Below, one piece after another: positions 52,831 to 64,000 of a stretch of DNA of 64,000 nucleotides. The stretch is taken from positions 4,999,888 to 5,063,887 of the forward strand of contig NC_092676.1 of NCBI RefSeq assembly GCF_964355755.1, in the 5' to 3' direction. Below the pieces are notes generated by a model that was not told the DNA's origin, did not search any database, and was given only the letters and a program-made list of their open reading frames with translations. A program made the position numbers and the translations under genes. Position 1 is the stretch's first letter. Every line of letters begins with the position of its first letter. Source of the stretch: Antedon mediterranea. Lineage: Eukaryota; Animalia; Echinodermata.

Positions 52831-53759
52831 CTAGATAGCACGCTCGCTTCGCTCGCGTACCATCTAGGTCGTGTCTACAGATGGTTCTCGAATACACAGT
52901 AGTTTCAGCGTAAAAAATGTACGTACCGCAGGACTATAAATACATCGTCGTTTTCAGAAACGAATAAATAGACACGATGATTAATGTAGTCAACTAAAAT
53001 TAGCACACTGGGAATTAGACCTACTTCCGAAGGAGAAACTTGTCTTAAAATGAGTCCACAAAACTAAAACTGTCCCTGTTATAGTCATTTATATTTTTTA
53101 TAATTACTAATTAATACAATAAACAGTAACCACATTCACAGTAAGAAAATTTCGATTCAAATTAAATGGCGACCAAAATAGTTATTACGTTCAGTATTTA
53201 CAATATTGTCAAAGTATTGAAATGCCATATCTCAGTGTTAAGTTTATTCTCAAAGTAATTTACCTACTTGTGTTAAACCATGGAGGGCACATAAATTTAC
53301 CTACAAACTGGGAGTCTGAGAGATTTGGAATGTTCCATTCATCGCAAATCAATACATTTGTATAAACGTATATTAAATCTATCAAAATAGTATTTTTTTA
53401 AGAAAACCGGCCTGTCTTCAACATTATGATACTGTACTCGAGCTGTTCAACCGGTTTTCAGCTATTAAAAACAATTATCGTAGGAGGAGATAGGAAAGTG
53501 CGAAGCATCCTCGTATTATTGTGTGCAGGTACTGTATACTATGGTCGGAAAACACCCCTATTTGGGGCGAATCGTTCAACCTAAATTCGTTTTAATTGTC
53601 AATAACTAATTATCTAACTCAATTTAATTAGTAAACAGGGTTACATCTGGTGGTTTAAATCAGTACCGAGATTCTAACCAACTTTATATACCATCGAGTA
53701 AACATTCTAGAAATAACGCGTGATTTACCGAATTTGGCCCTTACGTAAATTTATATAGA
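52831..53759 (-). mobile_element. Non-autonomous Helitron, second copy
   Basis: Reverse complement of the 5443-7539 element, without the nested 21-bp-satellite element. The CTAG end with hairpin is at 52831. Confidence 0.8.
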
Positions 53760-53953
53760 AAACAAAATTTAATAGAGCCCCCTCTATAACGAACAACATT
53801 TTAACTTATCTTACGCATGCGCTAATCGTTGGGTGCAGCAGTTCTCCAGCAGTGCAGCATCAGCTCGCTCTCTCTCTCTCTCTTCGTTTTGTTTACAAAT
53901 GTTATAAAAACAATCTAATTTTGTATTTCGTTTCTTTCAACAATAAAGTTATA

Positions 53954-56900
53954 ATGGATCAATCGTGGCAGCATCGTCCACTTCCTCCCAATTGGGAAGC
54001 AAAATATGATCCAGGTCTTGGTCGTTAGTAAGTAAGGCCTACTATAGATAGGCCTAGCTAGTAGCTAATTATAGCCTTAGGCTTAGGCCTAGAGGCCTGG
54101 CCTACATTCTATCTAGGCCCTACTAGTACTAGGCATAGGCCTAGTAGGCCTAATAACTAGGCCTAGTACTAGTCTAGCCTAGTAGTAGGCCTAGGCTACC
54201 TTATAGCCTATTACTAGTAGTTAGGCCCTATCCTGTCTACCTACTCTAGGCCTAGGCTTGTTAGGCCTACTAAGCCTAGCCTAGGCATTTATTTCGTCTC
54301 AAAATTTGTTAAGTAACTTTAGCTAGAAAGTGCTAGCTAGGCCTAGCCTAGTAAGCCTCTAGGCTAGGCATATAAAGTAAATATAAGGACTCAACTCAGG
54401 AGGAGCCTACTACCTGTGTAATGCTGTGTCACACACCCAGCAGATTCGGTGCTAAAAATGCACTCTCAAGCTTACCCAATTTAAAAACATTCACCCGCTG
54501 CGCGGCGGTGATGGTACATAACCATGAAGTCTTATGCCCAGTTTTAGTTTTAGGCTAGTTTTAGTTTTAGAGTCGGCACTACTGCTGTTTCGCACTAACC
54601 CGAATTAAACTTCGTTCTCCAACTCAAAACATATATAACCATTTATTTTTTAACCATTAATTTAACAATCATCAATGATTGAAGCAACCATACTAGCAAA
54701 TCTTCCTAAAAAAAATTCCTATGATTTTATAATTACTACAGTACACCTACCCAGCCATCTAAATGCACAGACGGTACAGTAGTGGAAAATATTATATTAT
54801 TTGTTTAAATTGTCAATTTTCACAGCTTCTATGTAAACCATGCCACCCGTTCTACACAATGGAATGATCCACGACCCGATTATTATGCCAATCAAGTGAG
54901 TTGTTCATTTTTTTATATTTAATCAATCTAGATAAATATATCAAATAATACATATTTTTGTCTTAGTGTGTGTGTTTAAAGACCTCTTCCCTACAATTGG
55001 GTTAGTTGCTGCATTAATTGTCTTTCTATTTTTGCCAGACTTTGTTAATACAAATTGGGGAAAACCCGGTATTTTCCCTGAAAAGTTAGGAGTCTTCCAT
55101 TTGTTTTGGCCTTACGATCGATCGAAAAGTGAGTGAATTACAGAAGAAAAACAAAAATATCAATCCACGCGCAATGCATTTTGGGATTTATAGCAGGCCG
55201 CTAAAATTACTAGAATCAACTTATTTCTCACATTTTAACCGTATAAAGAAAAAAAAGTTATCTTAATAGGATTATTTTTACATTCAATGTAGTTTGTGAC
55301 CTTAAATTAGATCTAAAAAACGTAGGGAATGGGACTTTAAACAGGTTTTTTGTTTGCATGTTGTTATGTTTTATTTAATTACTTATATACAGTATATATA
55401 AATCCAAAGGCAAATTAATGAAAATATGACAATGCTGTGGGTATCAGTGGCTGGATCTCAATGGAGATGCAAAATAAAAGCGAAAAGCTAAATCGAAACG
55501 AGAAGTAAAACAGCCAGAAAAGTTAGCAGAGCTTTTGGGCAAAACTAGCCCTTCATCAGTGCAAGTGAAGGAATTTGGATCGTCATAGTATAAAGCTGGC
55601 AAGTGCTGCCTGGGTGGACAGGAATAAAAGAAATATAAGAAAGAGAGCCAGGGTGGAGTCTCAGTATATAAATATTTTTTAACAATATTTTTTAACATTG
55701 AAATATTGAATAAATCATAGGTGGCCTCATTTTTTGCCTTATTGTTACCCAATTTTTATTAAATTGTTATTGTAATTGGTTTTCTCGTTACAGCAAAGGA
55801 TGGCTCAAAGCATTCCTATGACCGTAATGGTTAAACCCAAGTGCGCAACATGTCGTACCGTTGAAGTAAGACTTTTAATTTGTGTACATTACAATGCTAA
55901 CTGTTCTAAATACAGTTTGCCCGTGTCTGCCACATTAAGGCCCATTTACACTAGGACGATAAATAGATAAACACACATTTTTCTTACATAAAATAAAAGA
56001 AACAAGAAAAGTTTTCGTTCTAGGATAACCATCTACCGTAAAACCTCGAAAAGATAGTATGGGCTCTTTTCGAGATAAACTACTATACTGTATTAAGAAT
56101 GTAGGTTTATTAACTGAACGTCAAAGGAACAGAAATAAACAATACAGTACAAACACGTGATTAAGAGTTACTGTAGTAGGATAATTTAATGCCAGATACT
56201 TGTGATGCAGACTGATGATAATAATTAATATGTATGATCGTGTTTATCATACATTAATATTTTACAGTTTATTGTCGTCCAAATGGTGCTCTGATCGCAT
56301 CTTGTACCTTTTTCATGTCTGCTTCGTTGGCAAATATGTAAAATTGGCAGGGAATTTCCACAAATGATTGTATTTGACGGTGAATCATAGGACTGTTTTT
56401 TTTTTCTTTTTATATTGTTTTTTGATTTGTCCAGGATATTAAACATAATTTCATGATTGAAAAAATGTCTCAAAAGTCATAATATTGTAGTAGAAATTCA
56501 CAAAATTTACAGCATTCATTTAAAAAAGAAGCCCCCCTCTACAGTTTGCAAAACTACTCTCTAAAAGAATCTCTCCCTTCTCGAAAAGAAGCCCATCTCG
56601 AAAAGAAGCCCATGGGCTTCTTTTCGAGGTTTTATGGTATGCTTCCTTTGTCATTTGATGAAAATAATATTTTCACACGCCCACATTAAAATGATGTCAT
56701 GATTAGTAAAAGCAATAATATCGTTATGATTTTATTGTTTTTATTGATCATGACGTCATTTGTTTGGGTTTTTAAAAATATAATTTTTATCAAAGACAGC
56801 AATGATCATCATCATTCTAGAACGAATACATATCTTGTTTCTTTTGTTTTATGTAAGAAAATTGTGTGTTTATCTATTTATCGGTATGGTCCTAGTGTAT

Positions 56901-59900
56901 ATGGGCTTTTACACTGTGCCTATCACACAAATAAAATAGCATCTTCATATTCAGCATGATATTCTATTCTTTTTGTGTAAAGTATTCTTCTATCCATGGT
57001 ACCAAGGACACAACCTTGAGAGTAAAGCTCTGTCTACACTATCAAACTAGTCACATTTTTTTGTCACATAAAGTTTGATAGTGTAGACAGAGCTACAATT
57101 AGGTCGAAAAAATCATGCCTTAACCACACAAGACTAATTACTTAAGGCTCTTTTTGAAGGTTGCTAAAGCTGGTGATACCTGTACATCTTGTACAAATGA
57201 AAAGAAGGAACGAGAAGCAGCAGCTAGGCTTGCCAGAGAAAGGCAAGAGGCAGAGAAAAAGAGACGTGAAGAAGCAGCCAAAAAGAGACGAGAAGAAGCG
57301 GCGAGAATAAAAGCGGAGGAGAATCGTCGCAAGGCCGAAGCCGCTGTAAGTTTGTTTCTGTAAATAAAGTTGACACTGTTTATGAGGCAGTCACTGCAAT
57401 AAACAATATGTATTCAAAAACTCTTGCTAAACAAAATGTAGTTGCAGTGCTGCAGTAACTGCAGTAGAATACTGTAGTTTTGATGTTCCTTAACAAACAT
57501 ATTATCTATGGAATTTGACCTTTTTTATCTATTTTGTCATCAACTGAACAGTAGTTTGTTTCACAACAAACTAGTAGTTGTCTTGTGATCTTGTGGATAG
57601 TACATGCATGCATTGATCTTGCAAGTGTATGCTTTTTCTTTTCTATTTGAAACCTTTATCCTAAAGCTCTGTCTACAGTGTCAAAGTGTATGTGACAAAA
57701 AAATGTGATGTGCCCATATATGGACATGATGATGTCATGTCACTACCAAATTTGGGCACACCACATTTTTTTGTCAAGCTAGTTGGATAGTGTAGACAGA
57801 GCTTTATAGATTTAATCTCAATATAGTAGGAGTTTCCTTTATTTTGAATGGGCTACAATCTCTTTGCCTCAACCGTTGAAATTATAAGTTGACATTAACG
57901 GATTAAACTACTTTTTCTCAGAAAGTTCCAGCGAAACCAACAGAAGCAATGAAAAGAGATGGTGAGTATTGCGCTTTTTAACCTCTCGCAAAAACTAAAT
58001 TAAATGTATTACTGTACTATCAATTGTCTGTTTAACTGGAAATTGATGGATTTTGAAATAGGGGCCAGCACTTTTACCGCAGCGATGTGTCTACTTTTCA
58101 TTCATAATGATATATTTATTAAAATTATCTTTAAAGATGTAATTGTTCCCTAAAACATGAAAAATGAAGATTATTATCAGACTTTAAATAGGCCATTTTG
58201 CAGTTTTAATAAAGTTATTCACTTCTGTAAAAAAAACAACAAATATCATTATTTCACTTTAATATAAAAACCATTGTCTGACAGAAAATTTATTTTTTTG
58301 CTCTAACTTACATTTTTTTCAGGTAAATAATTTTTTTTTCGATCCAGTTTGGTCAAAGTGAATAACTATTACCTGGCATTAAAATGGCATATTCAACAAA
58401 CAATTTGAAAAAAAAAATTAAATTTTTAGGGGGCAATATATCTTTAAATAATACTGAATTGCGATGATTTAAAAGATAATTTACAACAATAATCAACGAC
58501 AATCATTTACGCTTATTAATTTTAGTGAAGAGGAAGTTAACACAACTATATCCTAAAGTATCCAGTTTGTTGATTGATATGGCCATTGAAACTACAAACT
58601 GCGACTTCACAAAAGCTTCTAACGTCCTCAAGATGATGGCAGAAGACGATGAACGACCGCGGCCTAAAAAGGAAACTGCAAAAGCAAAAAGTTCACCAAA
58701 GAAAGAAACGACCCTTTCTGCTGGTTCATCAGGTGTGTATTTGAATATTATGATGCCGCAGCTCCCCGCAGGGATCTGGTTTTTAAAACCATTCAAGATT
58801 TTCTTTGGTTTAATAGTAAGCCTTTTTTCCAAAGAGCAAATTTATTCGTGGCGAATCAAAAGCGTTGACTTACTCACATGCATACCGTATATTTCGGTGT
58901 ATAAGTCGCACTTTTGACACGCAAATTTGACCTCTAAATTAAGGGTGCGTCTTATACACCGAACATAAATGCCTCACCACACAGATTGATAGGCCTAGGC
59001 TAGGCTATCGTCACCTCGTTTGCTAGGCCTGAGTAGGCTAGGCCTAGCTACAGTAACTAACTAACGTAACGGCAACCTGCTTCTGCCTAGTTTTCAAGGC
59101 ATTTTAGCATAATGTTATACTAAATATGATGAAAAGATTTGTTCATTATGGCGTTAAAATTTCATTTGTAAAAACGTTTACGTACGATTGGAATAGTATT
59201 TATTTATACAGTAGTTATACGCACGATCGCCGTACCCCCAGCGCAAGCCCTCTTGGCGGCCACATGGTGTACGGTATTCGACTAGTATATTCTCCAGGTG
59301 ATTATAGCATGGACCTAGCGTACACACTTCAATTCTCGGATACATACATATAGATACTAATCGAATACGATTGTCCGTGAAAACGTGCGCCCTCTCGAAA
59401 TGATCGAGCGAGGCTATAGCCCACACGTACATGTTACACACACGGTCATGCACTCGATGTTGCGGCTGTTGAGGCTGGGCGCGGCCGAGCCTAGTTAAGA
59501 AAAAACCTAAATAAAGGACGCCGTTGCAGATATAACAAAATATATTATTACAATAATATTGATTAACAATTTAAAAAAACATGTTTTGATGAAATATAAG
59601 GTGCGTCTTATACACCGACGATATAAAAAATACCGATATTTTACTCTCAGTTAGGGGGTGCGTCTTATACACAGGTGCGACTTATACACCGAAATATACG
59701 GTATTCATATTTATTGTCGTCCGAATCCCTTTCTGCAATAAATTCTAGTAGTTCGAATGTATGGGAATGAGCTGATAGGATCTCATTGTTCTATTGCCTA
59801 AAGCTCTGTCTACACTATCAAACTAGTTTGATAAAAAAAAGTGTGATGTGCCCAAATATGGTAGTGATATGACATCATCATGCCCATATATGGGCACATC

Positions 59901-61876
59901 ACTTCTTTTTTTTCACATAAAGTTTGATAATGTAGACAGAGCTTTAAGCATTTATGTGGTAGAGTGGCCATTTCTGTTCCATGTTCACTTACCAGCTTCA
60001 CAACCCCCAGTCCACCTGATAGATATTAAGGCCTAAATAAAAATATTTTTATGTATGTACTATTATTATGTGTGTTAGAATAGTAACTATATTTTGTTAT
60101 TTCTTTTTTTTTTTTTTCATTCTTGCTGTTGCTTGTTTCTGTAAACTCATCAGTAACTCGTGGACTTTCGCCCAGTGCAGTCAGCTTTGAAGTCTCACTC
60201 TCTAATGTTTCAGGTCCGTCTGTTTCCAGTACATCATCAACACCTCAACCAGCTAGGTAAATAAAAACACTTTATTTATAAATAAATTGGATATTTGGTA
60301 CAATTATATAAATTATAGATAAAAAATGTAATTTCTTTTTATTTTTTTTCTCATTTTGCTTGTTTGTAATTTCAGCTTATTCTATTGTAAAAATGTTATG
60401 TTGTTTTGAGGTGAAGCTCTGTCTACACTATCAAACTATAGTTTGACAAAAAAGTGTGATGTGCCCAAATATGGTTATGATATGACATCATCATGTCCAT
60501 ATACAGTTTGGGCACATCACATTTTTTTGTCAGATAAAGTTTGATAGTGTAGAGAGAGCTTAAAGATGTATTGTCCCCCTGAAAAAATATTTTTTTTTTT
60601 TTCAATTTTTTTTTGTTGAATATGCCATTTTAATGTCACATAATAGTTATCAACTTTGAAAAAAAATTGAATAAAAAATCTGGGAAAAAAATGTAATTTA
60701 AAGCAAAAAAACAGTCAAATTTGGCTGCCAGCCAATGAGTTTTTGAATTTGACCATTTATTTTGTCATTTTATATGAGAAAACATTTTTGTTTTTTTTAA
60801 GAAAGGAATTAACTTTATAGTCAAATTTGGCTGCCAGCCAATGAGTTTTTGAATTTGACATATTTATTTGGTCATTTTATATGAGAAAACATTTTTGGTT
60901 TTTTTTAAGAAAGGCATTAACTTTATTAAAACTACAAAATAACATTCTGATTTAATTAATCTTTGTTTGTTTTTTTTGGGAAAAATACATCTTTAACATT
61001 CAATTATTTTTGTAGTAGTACCCGACCAAAGCAGGAACCGAAGAAAAGCAGTCCCAAGAAATCCAAACTGGCTGACAGTAGAGTGAAGTTTGCTCCAGTT
61101 GTAATTAAATCACAAACTAAAACGTTCAACTCTCACCTAGCGGTTGGACCGGATCCTAACCTTATTAAGGGTCACAACGTTGACTTGCTCATGTAAGTAA
61201 AACTATAGAGAAAATCTGTGAGAATGAGAAAAAGCCACCCCAACCGAGATTCAAACTTGGAACCCTTTGCTTGATATGCAGATGTCCTAACCATTAGACC
61301 ACTGAGGCTTTCATGGTATTGTTCAAATTCAATTGGATTGCAACCCTCTGTGTGGTCCAACGAAACAGCACTTATAGTTCTCAATTGTGTGCGTGCACAA
61401 CAGCTATCAAATTGATACGCGCGCCCTGTATTATATATCTATCCAAAGGCAAAATACTGAAAATAATGACAAAGCTGTGGGTATTAGTGGCTGGATCTCA
61501 AGGAGATACAAAAATAAATGGAGATACAAAATAAAATAAGCAAAAAGCTAATTCAAAACATATAAACAGAAACAGCCATAAAAATTAGCAGAGCTTTCGG
61601 GCAGCACTAGCCCTTCATCATGTTATATCATTTGTATGGGATGTTAATTTTTATTCATATGTTTCTTTTTAAACTTTTTCTAGTGATAAATATGTGTCAG
61701 AAACTGGGCAAGATCCAGCTTTGAGAAAAGGTCCCAATAAAGAGTATGTCACAGGTCAAGATAAACAACTCATCAACGGCAAAGAGAATCTAGCTGTAGG
61801 CCCTGACTCTGACAATCGAAGTGGGCCCCAATGGTTACTCTACCAAGGGCCTATGTCAGTGGGTACGGCATTGTGA
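53954..61876 (+). CDS. Uncharacterised protein with WW domain, CxxC-x11-CxxC motif, charged coiled coil, CUE/UBA-like domain and C-terminal GP repeats (9 exons)
   Basis: Exons 53954-54027, 54826-54895, 55794-55865, 57160-57345, 57922-57961, 58526-58732, 60154-60256, 61016-61192, 61684-61876, all GT-AG and in phase. WW: [33 protein letters not shown]. CUE-like: LTQLYPKVSSLLIDMAIETTNCDFTKASNVL. Confidence 0.9.
55526..55562 (-). ncRNA. Minimal type-I hammerhead ribozyme motif (mutated G12) in a Penelope/retrozyme-like repeat
   Basis: Minus strand GCA-CTGATGA-AGGGC-TAGTTTT-GCCC-AAAA-GCTC-TGC. The sister copy at 61588-61620 has the canonical GAAA. Confidence 0.65.
56036..56637. mobile_element. 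Tc1/mariner-pogo-like MITE
   Basis: TA|CCGTAAAACCTCGAAAAGA ... TCTTTTCGAGGTTTTATGG|TA. Confidence 0.75.
58135..58443. mobile_element. Kolobok-like MITE (TTAA target)
   Basis: TTAA|AGATGTAATTGTTCCC...GGGGCAATATATCT|TTAA. A related copy lies at 60564-60992. Confidence 0.65.
58885..59701. mobile_element. pogo/Tigger-like non-autonomous transposon
   Basis: TA|CCGTATATTTCGGTGTATAAGTCGCAC ... GTGCGACTTATACACCGAAATATACGG|TA, with perfect TIRs. Confidence 0.88.
61230..61620 (-). mobile_element. Repeat combining a hammerhead motif and a tRNA-like Pol III cassette
   Basis: Hammerhead-like TGATGA-AGGGC..GCCC-GAAA-GCTC-TGC at 61620-61588. Body shared with 55390-55560. tRNA-like segment 61310-61233 has an A box (TGGTCTAATGG) and a B-box-like GTTTGAATC. 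Confidence 0.65.
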
Positions 61877-63037
61877 AAAGAATGGTGTTTGATGCCTAAA
61901 AAAACCAGGGGTAAAGTAGTTGTTGCCGTATATACAAGTTGATATATTTAATACTTTTCAATTGTTTTAATGTAAGTGTATAACAGCCTGGAACTTGCAG
62001 GCTACTAGTATGGACAGTTTTTATCTCCCCTTCTGGTTTTACAGCTGCCACCAAATAATATTCATTTGTCGGCTTATAACAACAGAGGCTGTGCACACAT
62101 ATATTGTTACGAGTCCCTATGCTATTTATATGTTCATATCGACTGAACTGTATATTTTAATGGAAATTTCAGTATATAACAAGGTAAATCTCTTTAAAAT
62201 GTTTGTACTGTATTGTGGATGGATATAGAAGTCATTTCTGTGTATAGTGGATCCATAGGCAAATGCAACATACTCTAATATATCTCAATGGGGTTTTTTT
62301 TCTGCAATATATAATAATAATATATCACTGTAAAACAATAGCTGTCAATGTAATGTTTGAATATTGAATGCATATAACAGTTTTAATTGGTAACAATTTT
62401 ATAAAATGCGTTTTAAACTACTTTATGCAGTATAAACTAATTTGAAAATATATTTTGAGAGAGGCGTTTGTCTCGTCAGTGTGAAAGGGGGTTATCCTTC
62501 TACATACATTATATGGAAAGTTCCTTTCCTATCTATAGATGATTTTAGTCAACGAGAAAAATTAATAATAATATACATGTACAGGGTTGTTTTTATGATT
62601 CATTTCTTTATGAATTTTTATGTAATGTGAATTGTATAATATTTGTAAATAAATTGCATATTTTTTATTACATAATTCTTTGTTTTAAGTGAACTGAAAT
62701 TATAATAGTAGTAGATATAGTATGTGTATTAAGAATGTGAATTTTTAGCATTTTTTTTTTAAATTAAATAGAGTATATTAAATAAATTTTATGTGACTGT
62801 AGAATCAAGTAATAATATTGTAATGGCATTTAATATACTTGTTTTTGTTGTATAATGTGTTGCACATAAGCTTAATTCTCGTACAAATTCTTTTGTTCTG
62901 AGCATGCTATGTTTTTTAGCATTCGAAGAATGACTTTTTGACTCAACAGGCACATAGTCTAGTGGCCATCGCGAAAATGCCAAACCATTGAGAGGGTTAC
63001 AGTCACAGCAAATTTTCCTTTGACAAAGAAGTACTTT

Positions 63038-64000
63038 TTTGAATTGTCTATAGAAGAGTTTCATATCCCTGGTTTTCAGATGTTTTTGCCAAATGAAAAG
63101 CTTTCATCTGGTAGAGGAGTTGTTATTTATGTTCGAAATGGGATGTCTGCCACTCCGGTTTTGTTTAAAGATATTTTGTTTGAGGAATCCATGTTTGTTG
63201 AGATTGAAGTCAAGGATCGCACCTTTTTAATTGGATGTGTGTATAGAAGTGACGCCGGATCTAGTGTCAATAATTCTGCTTTGTGTTCTCTGTTTAGAAA
63301 AGTGGCATCCTTTTCTTGTTCTGATTTTATTATAGTTGGAGATTTCAATTATAGGAGTATTAATTGGGAGCTAGGATATGTGACTGGTGAAGATGGTAAA
63401 AATAGTCATAATTTTTTTGACACCATTAATGACTTATTTTTAGCTCAGCATGTACAAGACCCAACCCGTTACAGAATAGGAGAACAGGCCAATGTTCTGG
63501 ACCTGGTACTTACATCTAATGAGGATTCTATTAGTGAGGTCCTTCAAGCTCCACCATTAGGTAAGAGTGATCATATGGTACTTCGATTTAAAATTCCAGT
63601 TAATTTAATCAAAGAAGAGGTAGTAGGGGTCAGAAATTATTTCCATGCTGATTATGATAAGTTTCGTGGTTTTCTTGATGGTGTCGATTGGGACACTGAG
63701 TTATTGGATAAGGACGGGTTACACTCGCACGGTTCTTTTGATGAGATCTTATCTAGAGGTATGGAACAGTTTGTTCCAAAGAGTAAGAAACACTTGTCTG
63801 GAAATGTTAAGAGACCTTTGTGGTATACTAAGGAGGTTGATAAGTCTATTAAACAGAAGAATAAATGCTGGAAACAGTATATCAAAGCAAAACGTAAAGG
63901 GCATGACTGTGCTAGTGTCAAATGGAACACGTTTATTAGAGTAAGGAATGATACTGTCAATTTGATTAAGAGTTCTAAAAGCATCTTCGAAAATAAGATT
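63038..64000 (+). mobile_element. CR1-clade LINE ORF2, apurinic endonuclease domain, running off the window
   Basis: FHIPGFQMF..GRGVVIYVR..IGCVYRS..IVGDFNY..INW..QHVQDPTR..LDLVLT..PPLGKSDH. No stop seen through these motifs. The 5' end appears truncated. Confidence 0.9.

Noticed and set aside
61233-61310. Functional tRNA gene
   Set aside because: The T-loop reads GTTTGAA instead of GTTCGAA, the stems are imperfect, and it is embedded in a repeat. Treated as a tRNA-derived cassette.
62789-63030. Minus-strand ORF with CCDCNP motif as an exon of another gene
   Set aside because: No recognisable domain or convincing splice sites, and it abuts the LINE insertion. Left uncalled.

Overview
AT-rich, intron-containing animal genomic DNA. 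The TAGGCCTA-rich tracts and the repeat types suggest an echinoderm or similar marine invertebrate (inference). Four host genes were read by eye with GT-AG exon boundaries: Greatwall/MASTL kinase (+, 5' end outside the window, to 8554), Hikeshi (-, 10622-12452), an SLC46/PCFT-like MFS transporter (+, 48017 to ~50500) and an unnamed WW/Zn-ribbon/coiled-coil/CUE protein (+, 53954-61876). There are many transposon remnants (Helitrons, Harbinger, IS3EU-like, mariner/pogo and Kolobok MITEs, a Gypsy-like LTR, LINEs, hammerhead-bearing repeats). The most striking feature is absent from the ORF track: a minus-strand LRR receptor locus (~16.7-32.3 kb) derived from a GRL101/RXFP-type LGR GPCR. Its 7TM region has decayed, but its ectodomain still splices into one open frame of about 304 codons. 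That frame includes a young ~1.17-kb tandem array, each unit carrying one 72-nt VLR-like LRR exon and usually one splice-site-less LRR cassette. Exon differences cluster at concave-face positions (Y/D/W/S/N/R) while the introns look nearly identical. This looks like a diversifying, possibly secreted, recognition molecule. Its first (signal-peptide) exon was not found and expression is unproven.
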